Assembly: GCA_900617105.1 (NCBI GenBank)
Contig: UYFQ01000260.1
Location: 248,001 to 312,000 of the forward strand
Reading direction: 5' to 3'
Source of the DNA: Hydrurus foetidus
Taxonomy: Eukaryota
Length of the DNA: 64,000 nucleotides
In this document: positions 53,693 through 64,000 of the stretch, in pieces
How positions within the stretch are numbered: the first letter of the stretch is position 1
How the letters are laid out: the number at the start of each line of letters is the position of its first letter
Position numbers and translations under genes: made by a program
Notes under the pieces: model-generated
Database searches by the model: none
What the model was told of the DNA's origin: nothing
What the model saw: only the letters and a program-made list of their open reading frames with translations

Positions 53693-55979
53693 TTAGAACG
53701 CCTTCTTGATCGAGAGGAAGAACTGGCGCGGCGGGGCGGTCAGGACCGTCTGGCCCGTACCGGCTGCGTCATTGTTCAGGAACCCGCCCGAACCGATGGT
53801 CGAGATATAGTCCTCGTCGGTCAGGTTGGTGATGTTGGCCTGGATCTCCAGACCCTTGCCCCAGGTCTCGCCGTCGAAGCGATAGCCCAGCGTCAGGTCG
53901 GCGACGGTGGTGCTGTCCACCTGACCGCCGATGTTCTCGTAGGTGTAGTAGCGCTCGCCGGTATAGGCGACGCCCAGCTTCGAATAGAAGCCGGCCAGTT
54001 CGAACTTCACTTCGCCCTTGAGGATGTTCTTGGGCGTGTTGACCACTTCCTTGCCGGCGGTGCGGGCGGTGATGACGCCCGAGCCGTTGATGACGTTGTC
54101 CTGATATTCCGACTGGTTGTAGGTGTAGGCGCCGTAGAGCGACCAGTTGTCGGTCAGCTTGTATTCGCCGGCCAGTTCAAGACCGTTGGTCTCCACGCCG
54201 CCGACGTTCGAGAGAACGGCGGGCAGACCCAGGATCGGGGCCGCGGTGCTGGCGGCCAGCAGGCGGTTCTCGAAGGTCACGTGGTAGAGCGCCGCGACGC
54301 CCTGGAAGCGCTCGTTGCGATAGCGCGCGCCCAGTTCGAAGGTCTTGGAGGCCTCAGGCTCAAGCGTCTTGGTGATGTAGTCGACGGCCGCCTGGTTCTG
54401 CGAGGCAAACGGACCCGAGGTGGCGGCCGAAACGTAGGCGGCCATGTTCTCGGTGTAGCCGCCGAAGAACTCCAGGTCCGGCATCGCCTTATAGACGAAG
54501 CCGATCTGCGGCAGGAACGAGCTCTTCGACTCGATCTCGCCGGCCAGCGGGTTGCCGGCGATGCGCTGGACGCTGTTGGTCACTTCCATGGCCTTGAAGC
54601 CGAAATTGACCTTCAGGGCGTCGTTGACGGTCCAGGTGTCTTCGATGTGAGCGACCAGGGTGTCGGTCACGAAGCGGTACTGCCACTGGGTGAAGAAGGG
54701 GTTTTCCTGGAAGTCCAGCGGATTGCGCGTCGGGCGGCGGCGGTTTCGGCGTAGTAGCGGCGCGCCTGGTTGAAGGTGTTCTTTCACCCCAGAAGCCCAT
54801 GCCCACTTCGTGCGCGCCCAGATCGACGGTGATGCCGCCGGTCACGCCCTTGCGGTCGATGTCATATTCGGTGGTGCGGATTGACAGCGGGCGGCGGTCG
54901 AGCCGGCCGTGCCGAAGCCCGGGCTGGGGACGTAGGGCGTGTACCACAGGCCCTGGCCCTGGTTGGCGTGGCCATAGGCGCTGAGGTCGAGCTTGGCGTT
55001 TTCGCCGAGCGGCAGCTTCAGGGCCAGACCGTACAGCTCGTCGTCACGGACGCCGGCGCCGGAGTAGTAGGCGTCGTCCACGGTGGCGAACGGGGCGGGC
55101 AGGGCGGTTCCGGTCTGATAGGCGCGGGCGGCGGCCACGGCCAGACCCCAGTTGGGCTGGGTGTTGTCCCAGTTGCGGCCGAGACGCTTGATCATCTCGA
55201 ACGACAGGTCCTGATAGTCCTGCTCGCGACGCTGCGAGCCATTGTAGAAGGCGGTCAGGCTGCCGTTTTCGCCAGCGGCAGCACGGCCTTCAGGTCGTAC
55301 TGGAACTGCTTCTGGTCGCCGCCGCCCTTCCACTTCTCAGTGCTCTGGCTGGCGATCGAGGCGTAGCCGCGCAGGCCGCCCAGCTGCTCGATCGCGCCGC
55401 TGTCGACGCGGCCGAACACCCGGTACATGCCTTCCGAGCCGCCGGTCACGTTCAGCTGGCCGCCGAACACTTCCGAAGGATCACGCGAGAAGAACTGCAG
55501 CGTGCCGCCCAGATTGCTGGTCGAGGCGGTGCCGAGCGCGCCGGCGCCCTGGGCCAGTTCGATGCGGCCGATGTTTTCATTGGTGATGGCGCGGCTGATG
55601 TGCAGGCCGTTGTGGTTGCCGTAGGTCATGTCGCCCAGCGGCACGCCGTCCATCGTGAAGCCCAGCTGGTTCTGGTTGAAGCCGCGGATCGAGATGCGGG
55701 TCGACCACTGTAGGCGCCGAAGGCGTCGGCCGACTGGAAGGTCACGCCCGGCAGCTTGTCGATGGCCTTCAGCGGGCTGGTGCCGGCGGCTTCCAGCGAG
55801 ATGGCTTCGTCCTTCAGGGTCTGGACCTGGCGGCTCTGGCCCTGACCAATGACGATGACGGCGTCAACGGCGGTGGTGTCGGCGGCGTCGGTCGGCGCCA
55901 GATCGGCAGCCAGGGCCGGCGCGGCGGCTGGCAGCAGGAGGGCGGCCGAAGCAGCGCCCAGCATCAGATGATGTTTCAT
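53693..55979 (-). CDS. TonB-dependent receptor, several frameshifts
   Basis: Signal peptide, TonB box DAVIVIG, plug DGVPL..GG, NLTDEDY, C-terminal PRQFFLSIKKAF. Confidence 0.9.
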
Positions 55980-56044
55980 GATCTATCCCCTCGCCCGGTC
56001 GTGCGGGGAGCGCGCCGGTTCTCCGGCCCGGTTAACAGCGCTCC

Positions 56045-56104
56045 GCGACGCCTCCGCGACGGAAAAGCGTCGGGTTTCCGACAGTCTTGAGACGGAACGG
56101 TGAA
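56045..56104 (-). promoter_or_regulatory. Pho-box-like array upstream of the TonB receptor-phoD genes
   Basis: Six GTCAY-like pentamers at exact 11-bp period. Confidence 0.55.
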
Positions 56105-56209
56105 CCTTACTTTGGGGCGCCTCGGCGCGCCGACATTGCGTAAACCGCCCCCGACCGCTATTTCAGCGCCCGTCCTCCCCCGAACTTTGACAGCGAGACC
56201 GACGCCCCC

Positions 56210-57719
56210 ATGGCCCAGCAATATATTTTCCAGATGCAAGGCCTGACCAAGGCGTTCCCGGGCGGCAAGAAGATCTTCGAGAACATCTGGCTGTCGTTCT
56301 ATTCCGACGCCAAGATCGGCGTCGTCGGCGTCAACGGCTCGGGCAAGTCGACCCTGCTGAAGATCATGGCCGGCCTGGACGACCAGTTCTCGGGTGAGGC
56401 CAAGGCCGCCGAGGGCATCCGCCGGGGCTATCTGGCCCAGGAGCCGGTGCTGGACCCGACCAAGGACGTCTGGGGCAATGTCATCGCCGACTGCGAGGAC
56501 AAGCTGATCTTCGACCGCTACAACGAATGCGCCAACAAGCTCGGCGAGGACTATTCCGACGAGCTGATGGAGGAGATGACCAAGCTCCAGGAGATCATCG
56601 ACGCCCGCGACCTGTGGGACATCGATTCCAAGGTTGAAATGGCCATCGACGCCCTGCGTTGCCCGCCCAACGACTCCAGCATCGAGAACCTGTCGGGCGG
56701 TGAAAAGCGCCGTATCGCCCTGGCGCGCCTGCTGCTCAGCAAGCCCGACATCATGCTGCTGGACGAACCCACCAACCACCTGGACGCCGAGTCGGTGGCC
56801 TGGCTGCAGCACCACCTCGAAAACTTCCCGGGCTGCGTGATCCTGGTCACCCACGATCGCTACTTCCTGGATCAGGTCACCAAGTGGACGCTGGAGCTCG
56901 ATCGCGGCAAGGGCGTGCCCTATGAAGGCAACTATTCCGGCTGGCTGGAGCAGAAGACCAAGCGCGTCGTGCAGGAGCAGTCGGAGTCCGACAGCCGCCA
57001 GCGCGCCCTGACCCGCGAGCTTGAGTGGGTGCGGTCCAGCCCCAAGGCCCGTCAGTCCAAGTCCAAGGCCCGTCTGGCCAGCTACGAGGAAATGGTCTCG
57101 GCGCAGGAAAACGCCCGCGCCGCCCAGACCCAGGCCCACATCCAGATCCCGCCCGGCCCGCGCCTGGGCAACCTGGTGCTGGAAGTCGAAGGCCTGGAAA
57201 AGGAGTATGGCGACAAGGTGCTGTTCAAGGACCTGTCGTTCCGCCTGCCGCCCAACGGCATCGTCGGCGTCATCGGCCCCAACGGCGCCGGCAAGTCGAC
57301 CCTGTTCAAGCTGATCACCGGCAGAGCAGCCGGACGGGCACGTCAAGGTCGGCGAGACCGTCAAGCTCTCCTATGTCGACCAGAGCCGCGACGCGCTGGA
57401 TCCCAACAAGACCATCTGGGAAGAGATCTCGGCGGCACCGACGTGATCGTCGGCAAGCGCGAGATCAACAGCCGCGCCTATGTCGGCAGCTTCAACTTCA
57501 AGGGCGCCGACCAGCAGAAGAAGGTCGGCCTGCTGTCCGGCGGTGAGCGCAACCGCGTCCACCTGGCCAAGACCCTGGCCACCGGCGGCAACCTGCTGCT
57601 GCTCGACGAACCGACCAACGACCTGGACATCGAAACCCTGCAGGCCCTGGAAGAGGCGCTCGAAGAGTTCGCCGGCTGCGCCGTGGTCATCTCCCGATCG
57701 CTGGTTCCTGGACCGTCTG

Positions 57720-57754
<35 letters not shown>

Positions 57755-57866
57755 CGTCGAATGGTTCGAAGGCAACTTCGAAATGTACGAGGAAGACAAG
57801 AAGCGCCGCCTGGGCGCCGACAGCCTGATCCCCAAGCGCATCAAGTTCCAGAAGTTCGCGCGGTAG
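56210..57866 (+). CDS. ettA: ABC-F translational throttle protein, frameshifted
   Basis: Two ABC cassettes ([18 protein letters not shown]), [19 protein letters not shown] linker. Confidence 0.93.
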
Positions 57867-57891
57867 GGGCGCACTTCAACACTGAACGAAG

Positions 57892-57928
57892 AACGGGGCG
57901 GCCTTTGCGGGCCGCCCCGTTTTGTTTC
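57892..57928 (+). terminator. Intrinsic terminator after ettA
   Basis: AACGGGGCGGCC-tttgcg-GGCCGCCCCGTT followed by a T-rich tail. Confidence 0.8.
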
Positions 57929-57987
57929 TGGTCAGCCCGGAGACGGTCCGGCGGCCCCGTCAGCGATGGGATCACAGCTGCGGAGGG

Positions 57988-58705
57988 TTAGCCGCCTGGT
58001 ATTTCGCCAGCCCTTCAAGCATGCGCGAACGCCCGCCTCATAGACCGCATATTCGAGTGCGAAGGCCTTCTGATGGGGTTCTCGCCACTCAGGAAAGTCG
58101 GCCGTGGGGTCGCCGCTGCGGTGCGGGTCGTCCGCGCGGTTGATGTGCATCGAGCCCACCGGCGGCGTGAAGCCCAGGGCGGTGGCCAGGGCCCGGACCG
58201 AATTGTCATAGTCCTCCATGATCCCCACCGCGACATAGTCGGTGTCGAAGGCGCTGGCCGGATTATCGGCTGGAACCGCCCGGGGCAGCTGGGCCAGGAA
58301 CGAGAACGGATCCTCTCCCTTGGCCATGGCCTCGGCCCGGCGGGCGAACCAGTCGGCGAAGGTGGGGTTGTCGTCGAGGGCAGGCACCGCCACGGCCATG
58401 CGCTGCTGGAAATGCAGGTAGCGCCATTGCGAGACGAACCGCGCGAAGGGCTCGCCAGGAAGGTCACCGGCGAGTGTCCGGATAGTAGTCGAGGGCGCCG
58501 ATGCCGCGCACGCGGTTGAAATGGCCATGCACGCAAACGCCCGGGCCAAGGTCGAAGCGCTCGGGCGCCTCGCCTTGATGTCCGCGATAATGCAGGAGCG
58601 GCGATCGTTTCCGAACCAGTCGACGAGGGTGGATCTCAGGCTGGTGCCCGCCGTCTTGGGGATGTGCAGGGAGACGAGCGGAAGGGATGGATCATAGGAG
58701 CGCAT
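57988..58705 (-). CDS. Sulfotransferase-like protein, frameshifted
   Basis: HIPKTAGTS 5'-PSB motif, EPFARFVSQW 3'-PB-like motif. Confidence 0.75.
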
Positions 58706-58852
58706 GGGCGCCTATGGACCAGCCGCGCGGTTTACGGTCAAGATCGCAAGACCATGGCCGTATCGGGGAACCGGGCCTAACTAGATCTGCTGGACGTCTA
58801 TCGCTCAGGCGCTGTCCAGCCACTCGTATGCCAGCCCGTGTGGAGTCCGTAG

Positions 58853-59875
58853 ATGCCGAAAACCCCCGCCGAAAAGCCCGATGTGCTGATCTCGCACGAG
58901 ATGCTGCTGCCGCTGCAGCCGTTGCTGGAGGGCGCCTATACGGTGCATCGGCTGTGGGACTTCCCCGATCCACTGGCCTTTCTGCAGGGGCCCGGTCAGT
59001 CGGTGCGGGCCATCGTCCACGCCGGCGAGATGGCGCTGGGCAAGGACATGCTGTCGGAGATGCCGCAGTTGGGCCTGATCGCCTGTGTCAGCGTCGGTTA
59101 TGACGGCGTCGATGTGCCCTGGTGCAAGGGGCGCGGCATTTCGGTGACCCACTCCACGGGCCTGAACGCCGGCGACGTGGCCGATCACGCCGTGGGGCTG
59201 ATGCTGGCGGCCTGGCGCGGCATCGTCGAGGGCGATCATCGCCTGCGGGCCGGGCGCTGGACGCACGCCGAGCGCATGGCGCCCCGCCACGGCCTGCGCG
59301 GCCGCAAGGTGGGCGTTGTCGGTCTGGGCCATATCGGCGAGGCGGTGGCCCGTCGCTGCGAGGCCTTCGAGATGAAGGTCTCCTGGTGGGCGCCGCGTCC
59401 CAAGGAAACCGACCGGCCGCGCGCCGAGAGCCTGATGGCCCTGGCCCGCGACAGCGACGTGCTGATGGTCTGCGCCCGGCCCGACGACACCAACCGGCAC
59501 ATGATCAATCAGGCGGTGATCGAGGCCCTGGGACCGCAGGGCCTGCTGGTCAATGTGGCGCGCGGCTCACTGGTCGACGAGGACGCCCTGATCGCCGCCC
59601 TCAGGGACGGCCGCCTGGGCATGGCGGCGCTGGACGTCTTCGACCAGGAGCCGACCCCGCCGGCGCGCTGGGAAGGCGTGCCGCGCACGGTGCTGACGCC
59701 GCACCTGGCCGGCGCGACCCTGGACAGCATTCCGGCCATGGTCGGGCTGACGCTGGAGAACCTGCGCTGCTATTTCAACGGTGAGCCGTTGGCGTCGCCG
59801 GTGGGGGTTAGGGTCCCGGAAACGGCGCCGCGAACGGTTCGGGTTCGAGGCGCAGGCCGTTCACCAGCAGGCTGA
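58853..59875 (+). CDS. D-2-hydroxyacid dehydrogenase (true stop probably near 59811)
   Basis: GLGHIG, NVARG, LDVF..EP, TPHLA. Confidence 0.92.
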   Translation: MPKTPAEKPDVLISHEMLLPLQPLLEGAYTVHRLWDFPDPLAFLQGPGQSVRAIVHAGEMALGKDMLSEMPQLGLIACVSVGYDGVDVPWCKGRGISVTHSTGLNAGDVADHAVGLMLAAWRGIVEGDHRLRAGRWTHAERMAPRHGLRGRKVGVVGLGHIGEAVARRCEAFEMKVSWWAPRPKETDRPRAESLMALARDSDVLMVCARPDDTNRHMINQAVIEALGPQGLLVNVARGSLVDEDALIAALRDGRLGMAALDVFDQEPTPPARWEGVPRTVLTPHLAGATLDSIPAMVGLTLENLRCYFNGEPLASPVGVRVPETAPRTVRVRGAGRSPAG

Positions 59876-60353
59876 CCGTGCGGTAGAAGCCGGCCAGCAT
59901 CATCAGTTCGATCCGCGCCGCCTCGTCGAAGGCTTCGGACAGGCGCGCCCACAGGTCATCGTCGATATCGGCCCGGGCGTTGACCGCGTCGCAGAAGCCG
60001 ATCAGCAGCGCCTCGTGCGGCGACCAGCAGTCGGCGATCCCCGGCGCGGCGGTGGCCGCTAGGCGCGTCGCATCCAGACCGGCGGCGCGCGCGAAAATCG
60101 CCGCGTGCACGCCCCACTCATAGGCCGCGCCATTGAGGGCGCAGATGCGGTGGATGACGATCTCGCGGTCGCTCAGGCTCAGATGGCCGGGATCCAGCAG
60201 GCCACCGCCGGTGAAGCGCGAGAACAGGCGCTCGTCACGGGCCAGGGTTCGAAACAGCGACAGGGGTTGATCACCGGGCGTCTGCAGGCGGTCGAGCGCT
60301 TTCTGGACGGTCGCGGGGTAGGGCGGCCGGGCGGGCGCGATGCGGTCGGACAT
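59808..60353 (-). CDS. Carboxymuconolactone decarboxylase/AhpD-like protein
   Basis: REIVIHRI..YEWGVH, ELMMLAGFY. Confidence 0.82.
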   Translation of the reverse strand: MSDRIAPARPPYPATVQKALDRLQTPGDQPLSLFRTLARDERLFSRFTGGGLLDPGHLSLSDREIVIHRICALNGAAYEWGVHAAIFARAAGLDATRLAATAAPGIADCWSPHEALLIGFCDAVNARADIDDDLWARLSEAFDEAARIELMMLAGFYRTVSLLVNGLRLEPEPFAAPFPGP

Positions 60354-60366
60354 GGCGGTCTCCTTC

Positions 60367-60420
60367 TGCTACAAAATCTGTATCATGACCAAGTCGCCGA
60401 TTGCTACAAAAATTGAAGCA
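60367..60420. promoter_or_regulatory. Two copies of an imperfect palindrome, probable HxlR-type operator
   Basis: TGCTACAAAATCTGTATCA (60367-60385) and TGCTACAAAAATTGAAGCA (60402-60420). Confidence 0.55.
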
Positions 60421-60744
60421 CCCTTGCCGGGCAAGCCGGTGCGCGGCTCGACCACGGGGCGTCCGGTCATGGCCGCCCTCGATCTGGTGGGGCGGCGCGG
60501 CGCCTTGCGGATCGTCTGGGAGCTGCGGGACGGCGCGGTCCTGACCTTTCGCGCCCTGCAGGCGGCCGCGGAACTGCCGCCGGGTACGCTGAACGCCCGT
60601 CTGGCCGAGTTGCGGGCCGCCGATGTGGTGGCGGCCGAGGCCGGCTATCGTCTGACGCCGCGCGGAGCGGCCCTGATCGAGGCGCTTGCGCCGCTGATGA
60701 CTTGGTCGCAGGCTTGGGCCGACGATCTGGCGACGGGGGACTGA
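60385..60744 (+). CDS. HxlR-family winged-helix regulator
   Basis: AALDLVGRRGALRIVWEL, LNARLAEL, YRLTPRG. Confidence 0.85.
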   Translation: MTKSPIATKIEAPLPGKPVRGSTTGRPVMAALDLVGRRGALRIVWELRDGAVLTFRALQAAAELPPGTLNARLAELRAADVVAAEAGYRLTPRGAALIEALAPLMTWSQAWADDLATGD

Positions 60745-60746
60745 TC

Positions 60747-61120
60747 ATGGCCAGGTGCTGGGGCTGGGCGGGATATTCTTCAAGGCGGCCGATCCGGTCT
60801 CCGTGCGCGACTGGTATGCGCGGGTGCTGGGCTTCGAGGTCCATGACTGGGGCGGGGCGGTGTTCGATCATCCGAAGGTCGGCCAGACCAACTGGTCGCC
60901 GTTCGCGGCCGACACCCGGTATTTCGAACCGTCGCAGGCGGCCTTCATGATCAATTTCATCGTCGATGACCTGGATGGCCTGCTGGCCAGGGCCGCGGCC
61001 GAGGGCGTTGAGCCCACCGGCCGGCAGGACGAGGAGATGGGTCGTTTTGCCTGGATTCTGGACCCGGCCGGGGTCAAGATCGAGCTCTGGGAGCCCGCCA
61101 GGGCCGTTCCTGAGGCATAA
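60747..61120 (+). CDS. VOC/glyoxalase-family protein (indel just after the start)
   Basis: GGIFFK, WYARVLG, MINFIVDDL, DPAGVKIELW. Confidence 0.88.
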
Positions 61121-61137
61121 AATCAGCTTGCCAAATC

Positions 61138-61161
61138 GGACATAAAGATATCTTTATGTCC
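61138..61161. promoter_or_regulatory. Perfect 24-bp palindrome, probable SahR operator
   Basis: GGACATAAAGAT-ATCTTTATGTCC ending 2 bp before the regulator ATG. Confidence 0.8.
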
Positions 61162-61163
61162 CC

Positions 61164-62139
61164 ATGAAGCTGTCGGCTGAACAGGTTGTCGAAGTGCTGC
61201 GCGCGGCGGGGGAATCCACCCGTCTGCGGCTGCTCGCCCTGCTGGCTGGCGAGGAGCTTTCAGTGCTGGAGCTGTGCCAGATCCTGGATCAGAGCCAGCC
61301 CCGCGTCTCGCGCCACCTCAAGCTGCTGGCCGAGGCGGGGCTGGTGGAGCGCTTTCCCGACGGGGCCTGGGTGTTTTATCGCCTGGCCAGCAAGTCGCCG
61401 GGCCGCCACCTGGTCAGCCAGGCGCTGGACCTGATCGACCCCGCCGATCCGGCCGTCCATGCTGACGCCGAGAAGCTGGCCACGGTGCGGGCCGAGCGCT
61501 CGACCGGCGCACAGGCCTATTTCGCCCGCAACGCGGCGCGCTGGAACGAGATCCGCTCGCTGTATGTCGACGAGGCCGAGGTCGAGGCGGCGATCCTGCG
61601 CGCCGCAGGCGAGGGGCCCTTCGACGAGATGGTCGACCTGGGCGCGGGCGCCGGTCGCATGCTGACCCTGCTGGGCCAGCGGGCCGGCTCGGCCCTGGGC
61701 CTGGACCTGTCGCAGCAGATGCTCAACATCGCCCGCGACGAGGTGGCCAAGGCGGGGCTGGGGCAATGAGCTGCGCCACGGCGACATCTTCGCCACCGGC
61801 CTGCCGGGCGGCTGCGCCGATCTGGTGACGGTGCATCAGGTGCTGCACTATCTGGGCGATCCCGCCGCCGCCGTGATCGAGGCCGCGCGACTGGTGGCGC
61901 AAGGCGGCCTGCTGCTGATCGCCGACTTCGCGCCGCACGACCACGAGTTCCTGCGCGAGGCCCACCAGCACCGCCGCCTGGGCTTTGAAGACGCCGAGAT
62001 CATCCCCTGGCTGGAGGCCGCCGGCCTGAGCCTGGAAAACAATATCGCCCTGCCGCCGTCCTCGGCTCAGGGACTGACCGTCAAGATCTGGACGGCTCGC
62101 CGTCCGGCCCAGCGGGCCGCGCAAAGGAGCGCCGCATGA
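61164..62139 (+). CDS. sahR: ArsR-HTH plus SAM-methyltransferase-fold regulator (SahR type), frameshift near 61765
   Basis: SQPRVSRHLKLL, DLGAGAG, HQVLHY; directly upstream of metF. Confidence 0.82.
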
Positions 62140-63094
62140 CCCTTCCACCCACACGCCGCGTGATCGGTCCGGTGGCCCGCGCCGGCGAGCGCGGCCAGAG
62201 CCAGGCCGGAGGGCGCCCCCGCGTCTCGTTCGAGTTCTTCCCGCCCAAGACCCCGGCGATGGAAGAGAGCCTGTGGCAGGCCATCACCCGCCTGGCTCCG
62301 CTGGATCCGGCCTTCGTCTCGGTGACCTATGGAGCCGGCGGCTCGACCCGCGAGCGCACCCACCGCACGGTCAAGCGCATCCTGGACGAGACCAGCCTCA
62401 AGCCCGCCGCCCACCTGACCTGCGTCGGAGCCAGCCGCGACGAGGTCGATGAGGTGATCCGCGAATACTGGGAGACTGGCGTTCGCCACATCGTCTCGCT
62501 GCGGGGCGATCCTCCGCCCACAGAAGGCGGCATTGGCGGGGTCTATGTGCCGCGCGAGGATGGCTACGCCAACGCCACCGAACTGACCAAGGCCCTGCGC
62601 GGCATCGCGCCGTTCGAGGTGCTGGTCGGTGTCTATCCCGAAAAGCATCCGGAAAGCCCGTCGCTGGAGCACGACATCGACGTGCTGAAGGCCAAGGTCG
62701 ACGCCGGGGCGACCCTGGGCATCAGCCAGTTCTTCTTCGATATCGACGCCTTCCTGCGCTTCAACGACAGGGTGCGCGCCGCCGGCATCACCATTCCGAT
62801 CGTGCCCGGGATCATGCCGGTGACCAATTTCAACGGCCTGAAAAAGATGTCCCAGGCTCGTCAGACGGCGGTGCCGAGCTGGCTGGCCAACCTGTTCGAA
62901 GGGCTCGACAATGACGCCGAGACGCGTCGCCTGATCGCCTGCTCGGTGGCTGCCGAGATGTGCGCCAAGCTGCAGGAGCAGGGGTTCGAGGACTTCCACT
63001 TCTACACCTCAACCGCGCCGATCTGGTCTATGCGATCTGCCGGGTGCTGGGCGTGCGCGAGCGGGAAACCGCCCATTCGGAGGTTGCGGCATGA
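62136..63094 (+). CDS. metF: 5,10-methylenetetrahydrofolate reductase, C-terminal frameshift
   Basis: SFEFFPPK, SVTYGAGG, LRGD, YPEKH, SQFFF, HFYT. Confidence 0.95.
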
Positions 63095-63960
63095 AGGTTC
63101 TGGCCCTGATCCTTTGCGGCGTGCTTTCGCTGGCCAGCGTCAGCGCCGCCCGCGCCGACGACTGGCCGCCGGCCGCCTGGATCAAGCCGACCAAGCCATA
63201 CCGCGTGGTCGGCAACACCTATTATGTCGGCTCAGAGGGGTTGTCTTCGTACCTGATCACCTCGTCGGCCGGACATGTGCTGCTGGATGCCGGCATGTCG
63301 GCGGACGGCGCCAAGCTGGTCGAGCGCAACATCGTCTCGCTGGGCTTCAAGCTGGCCGACGTGAAGATCCTGATCAACACCCACGCCCACTATGACCATG
63401 CCGGCGGCCTGGCCCAGGTGAAGGCCGACACCGGCGCCAGGCTCTATGCCTCGTCGCAGGACAAGCCGGCCCTGGAGCAGGGCCGTCACTTTGGCGACAA
63501 CGAAAACGGCCTGACGCCCTTTCCGGCCGTGAAGGTCGACCGCACCGTACGCGACGGCGAGAAGGTCACGCTGGGCGAGACCACGCTGATCGCCCACCTG
63601 ACGCCGGGCCATACCAGCGGCGGCACCACCTGGACCCTGGCGGTGACCGAGCGCGGCCGTCCCCTGAACGTGGTGTTCTTCAACTCGATCTCGGTGGCCG
63701 GCAACGCCCTGGTGGGCAACAGGACCTATCCGAGGATCGTGTCTGACTATCGCGCCACCTTCGCCAAGCTGAAGGTCATGCCGGCCGACGTCTTCCTGCC
63801 CGCCCATGAGGAGCAGGGCGACCTTCTGGCCAAGCGCCAGCGCGTGCTGCGCGGCGACAACAACGCCTTCATCGATCCGACCGAGCTGGGCCGCTTCGTC
63901 GCGGCTTCGGAAGCCGCGTTCAACAAGGAGCTGGCGCGCCAGCAGGGAGCGGCCAAATGA
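63091..63960 (+). CDS. bla: Subclass B3 metallo-beta-lactamase (CAU-1-like)
   Basis: Signal peptide, NTHAHYDH, TPGHT, LPAH. Confidence 0.9.
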   Translation: MKVLALILCGVLSLASVSAARADDWPPAAWIKPTKPYRVVGNTYYVGSEGLSSYLITSSAGHVLLDAGMSADGAKLVERNIVSLGFKLADVKILINTHAHYDHAGGLAQVKADTGARLYASSQDKPALEQGRHFGDNENGLTPFPAVKVDRTVRDGEKVTLGETTLIAHLTPGHTSGGTTWTLAVTERGRPLNVVFFNSISVAGNALVGNRTYPRIVSDYRATFAKLKVMPADVFLPAHEEQGDLLAKRQRVLRGDNNAFIDPTELGRFVAASEAAFNKELARQQGAAK

Positions 63961-64000
63961 CCGACCTTACGACCCGGGCCAATCTTTCTACGAGAGCGGG
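63958..64000 (+). CDS. Start of the next operon gene, likely methionine synthase N-terminal part, truncated
   Basis: ATGA overlap with the bla stop; identity inferred only from the Caulobacter metF-bla-metH gene order. Confidence 0.4.

Noticed and set aside
2309..63094. Mass pseudogenisation or programmed frameshifting in many genes (rsmH, murE, murF, mraY, murD, ftsW, murG, cckA, pleC, ettA, metF)
   Set aside because: Breaks are mostly single-base losses, hit essential genes indiscriminately and leave motifs intact without accumulated in-frame stops. Sequencing or assembly error is the simpler explanation.
62136..63395. MetF with a long C-terminal extension; likewise apparent fusions 40882-42345 and 56210-57991
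   Set aside because: Read-through caused by indels (e.g. near 63008) or upstream in-frame extension over neighbouring genes.
1..64000. CRISPR array, tRNA/rRNA genes, IS transposase, integrase or prophage
   Set aside because: No regularly spaced repeat-spacer array, cloverleaf, rRNA signature, or DDE/tyrosine-recombinase/phage motifs seen.

Overview
High-GC alphaproteobacterial chromosome window, almost certainly Caulobacter (cckA, pleC, fliQ-fliR-flhB with a CtrA box, metF-bla-metH arrangement). Many genes, including essential ones, are broken by 1-bp indels, which points to an error-prone assembly rather than pseudogenes, so coordinates of split genes are reconstructed and approximate. Order: LysR regulator, RNase P RNA, dcw cluster mraZ to murG (interrupted between murD and ftsW; murC does not follow murG), DUF3604/PpiC/HupE-UreJ cassette, fliQ-fliR-flhB-cckA, pleC-pepN, ompW, acyl-CoA dehydrogenases, an uncharacterised four-gene envelope operon, hydrolases, phoD plus TonB receptor, ettA, and the sahR-metF-bla-metH block. 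Best candidate for something new: two homologous, ORF-poor structured elements of about 340-410 nt (21615-21956 + and 49205-49611 -) that share ordered sequence blocks, closing stems and similarly placed -10 boxes, i.e. a probable large ncRNA family I cannot name. Second: a DUF559 nuclease gene exactly bracketed by 62-64 bp inverted hairpin repeats, with an empty element of the same architecture at 52375-52492.
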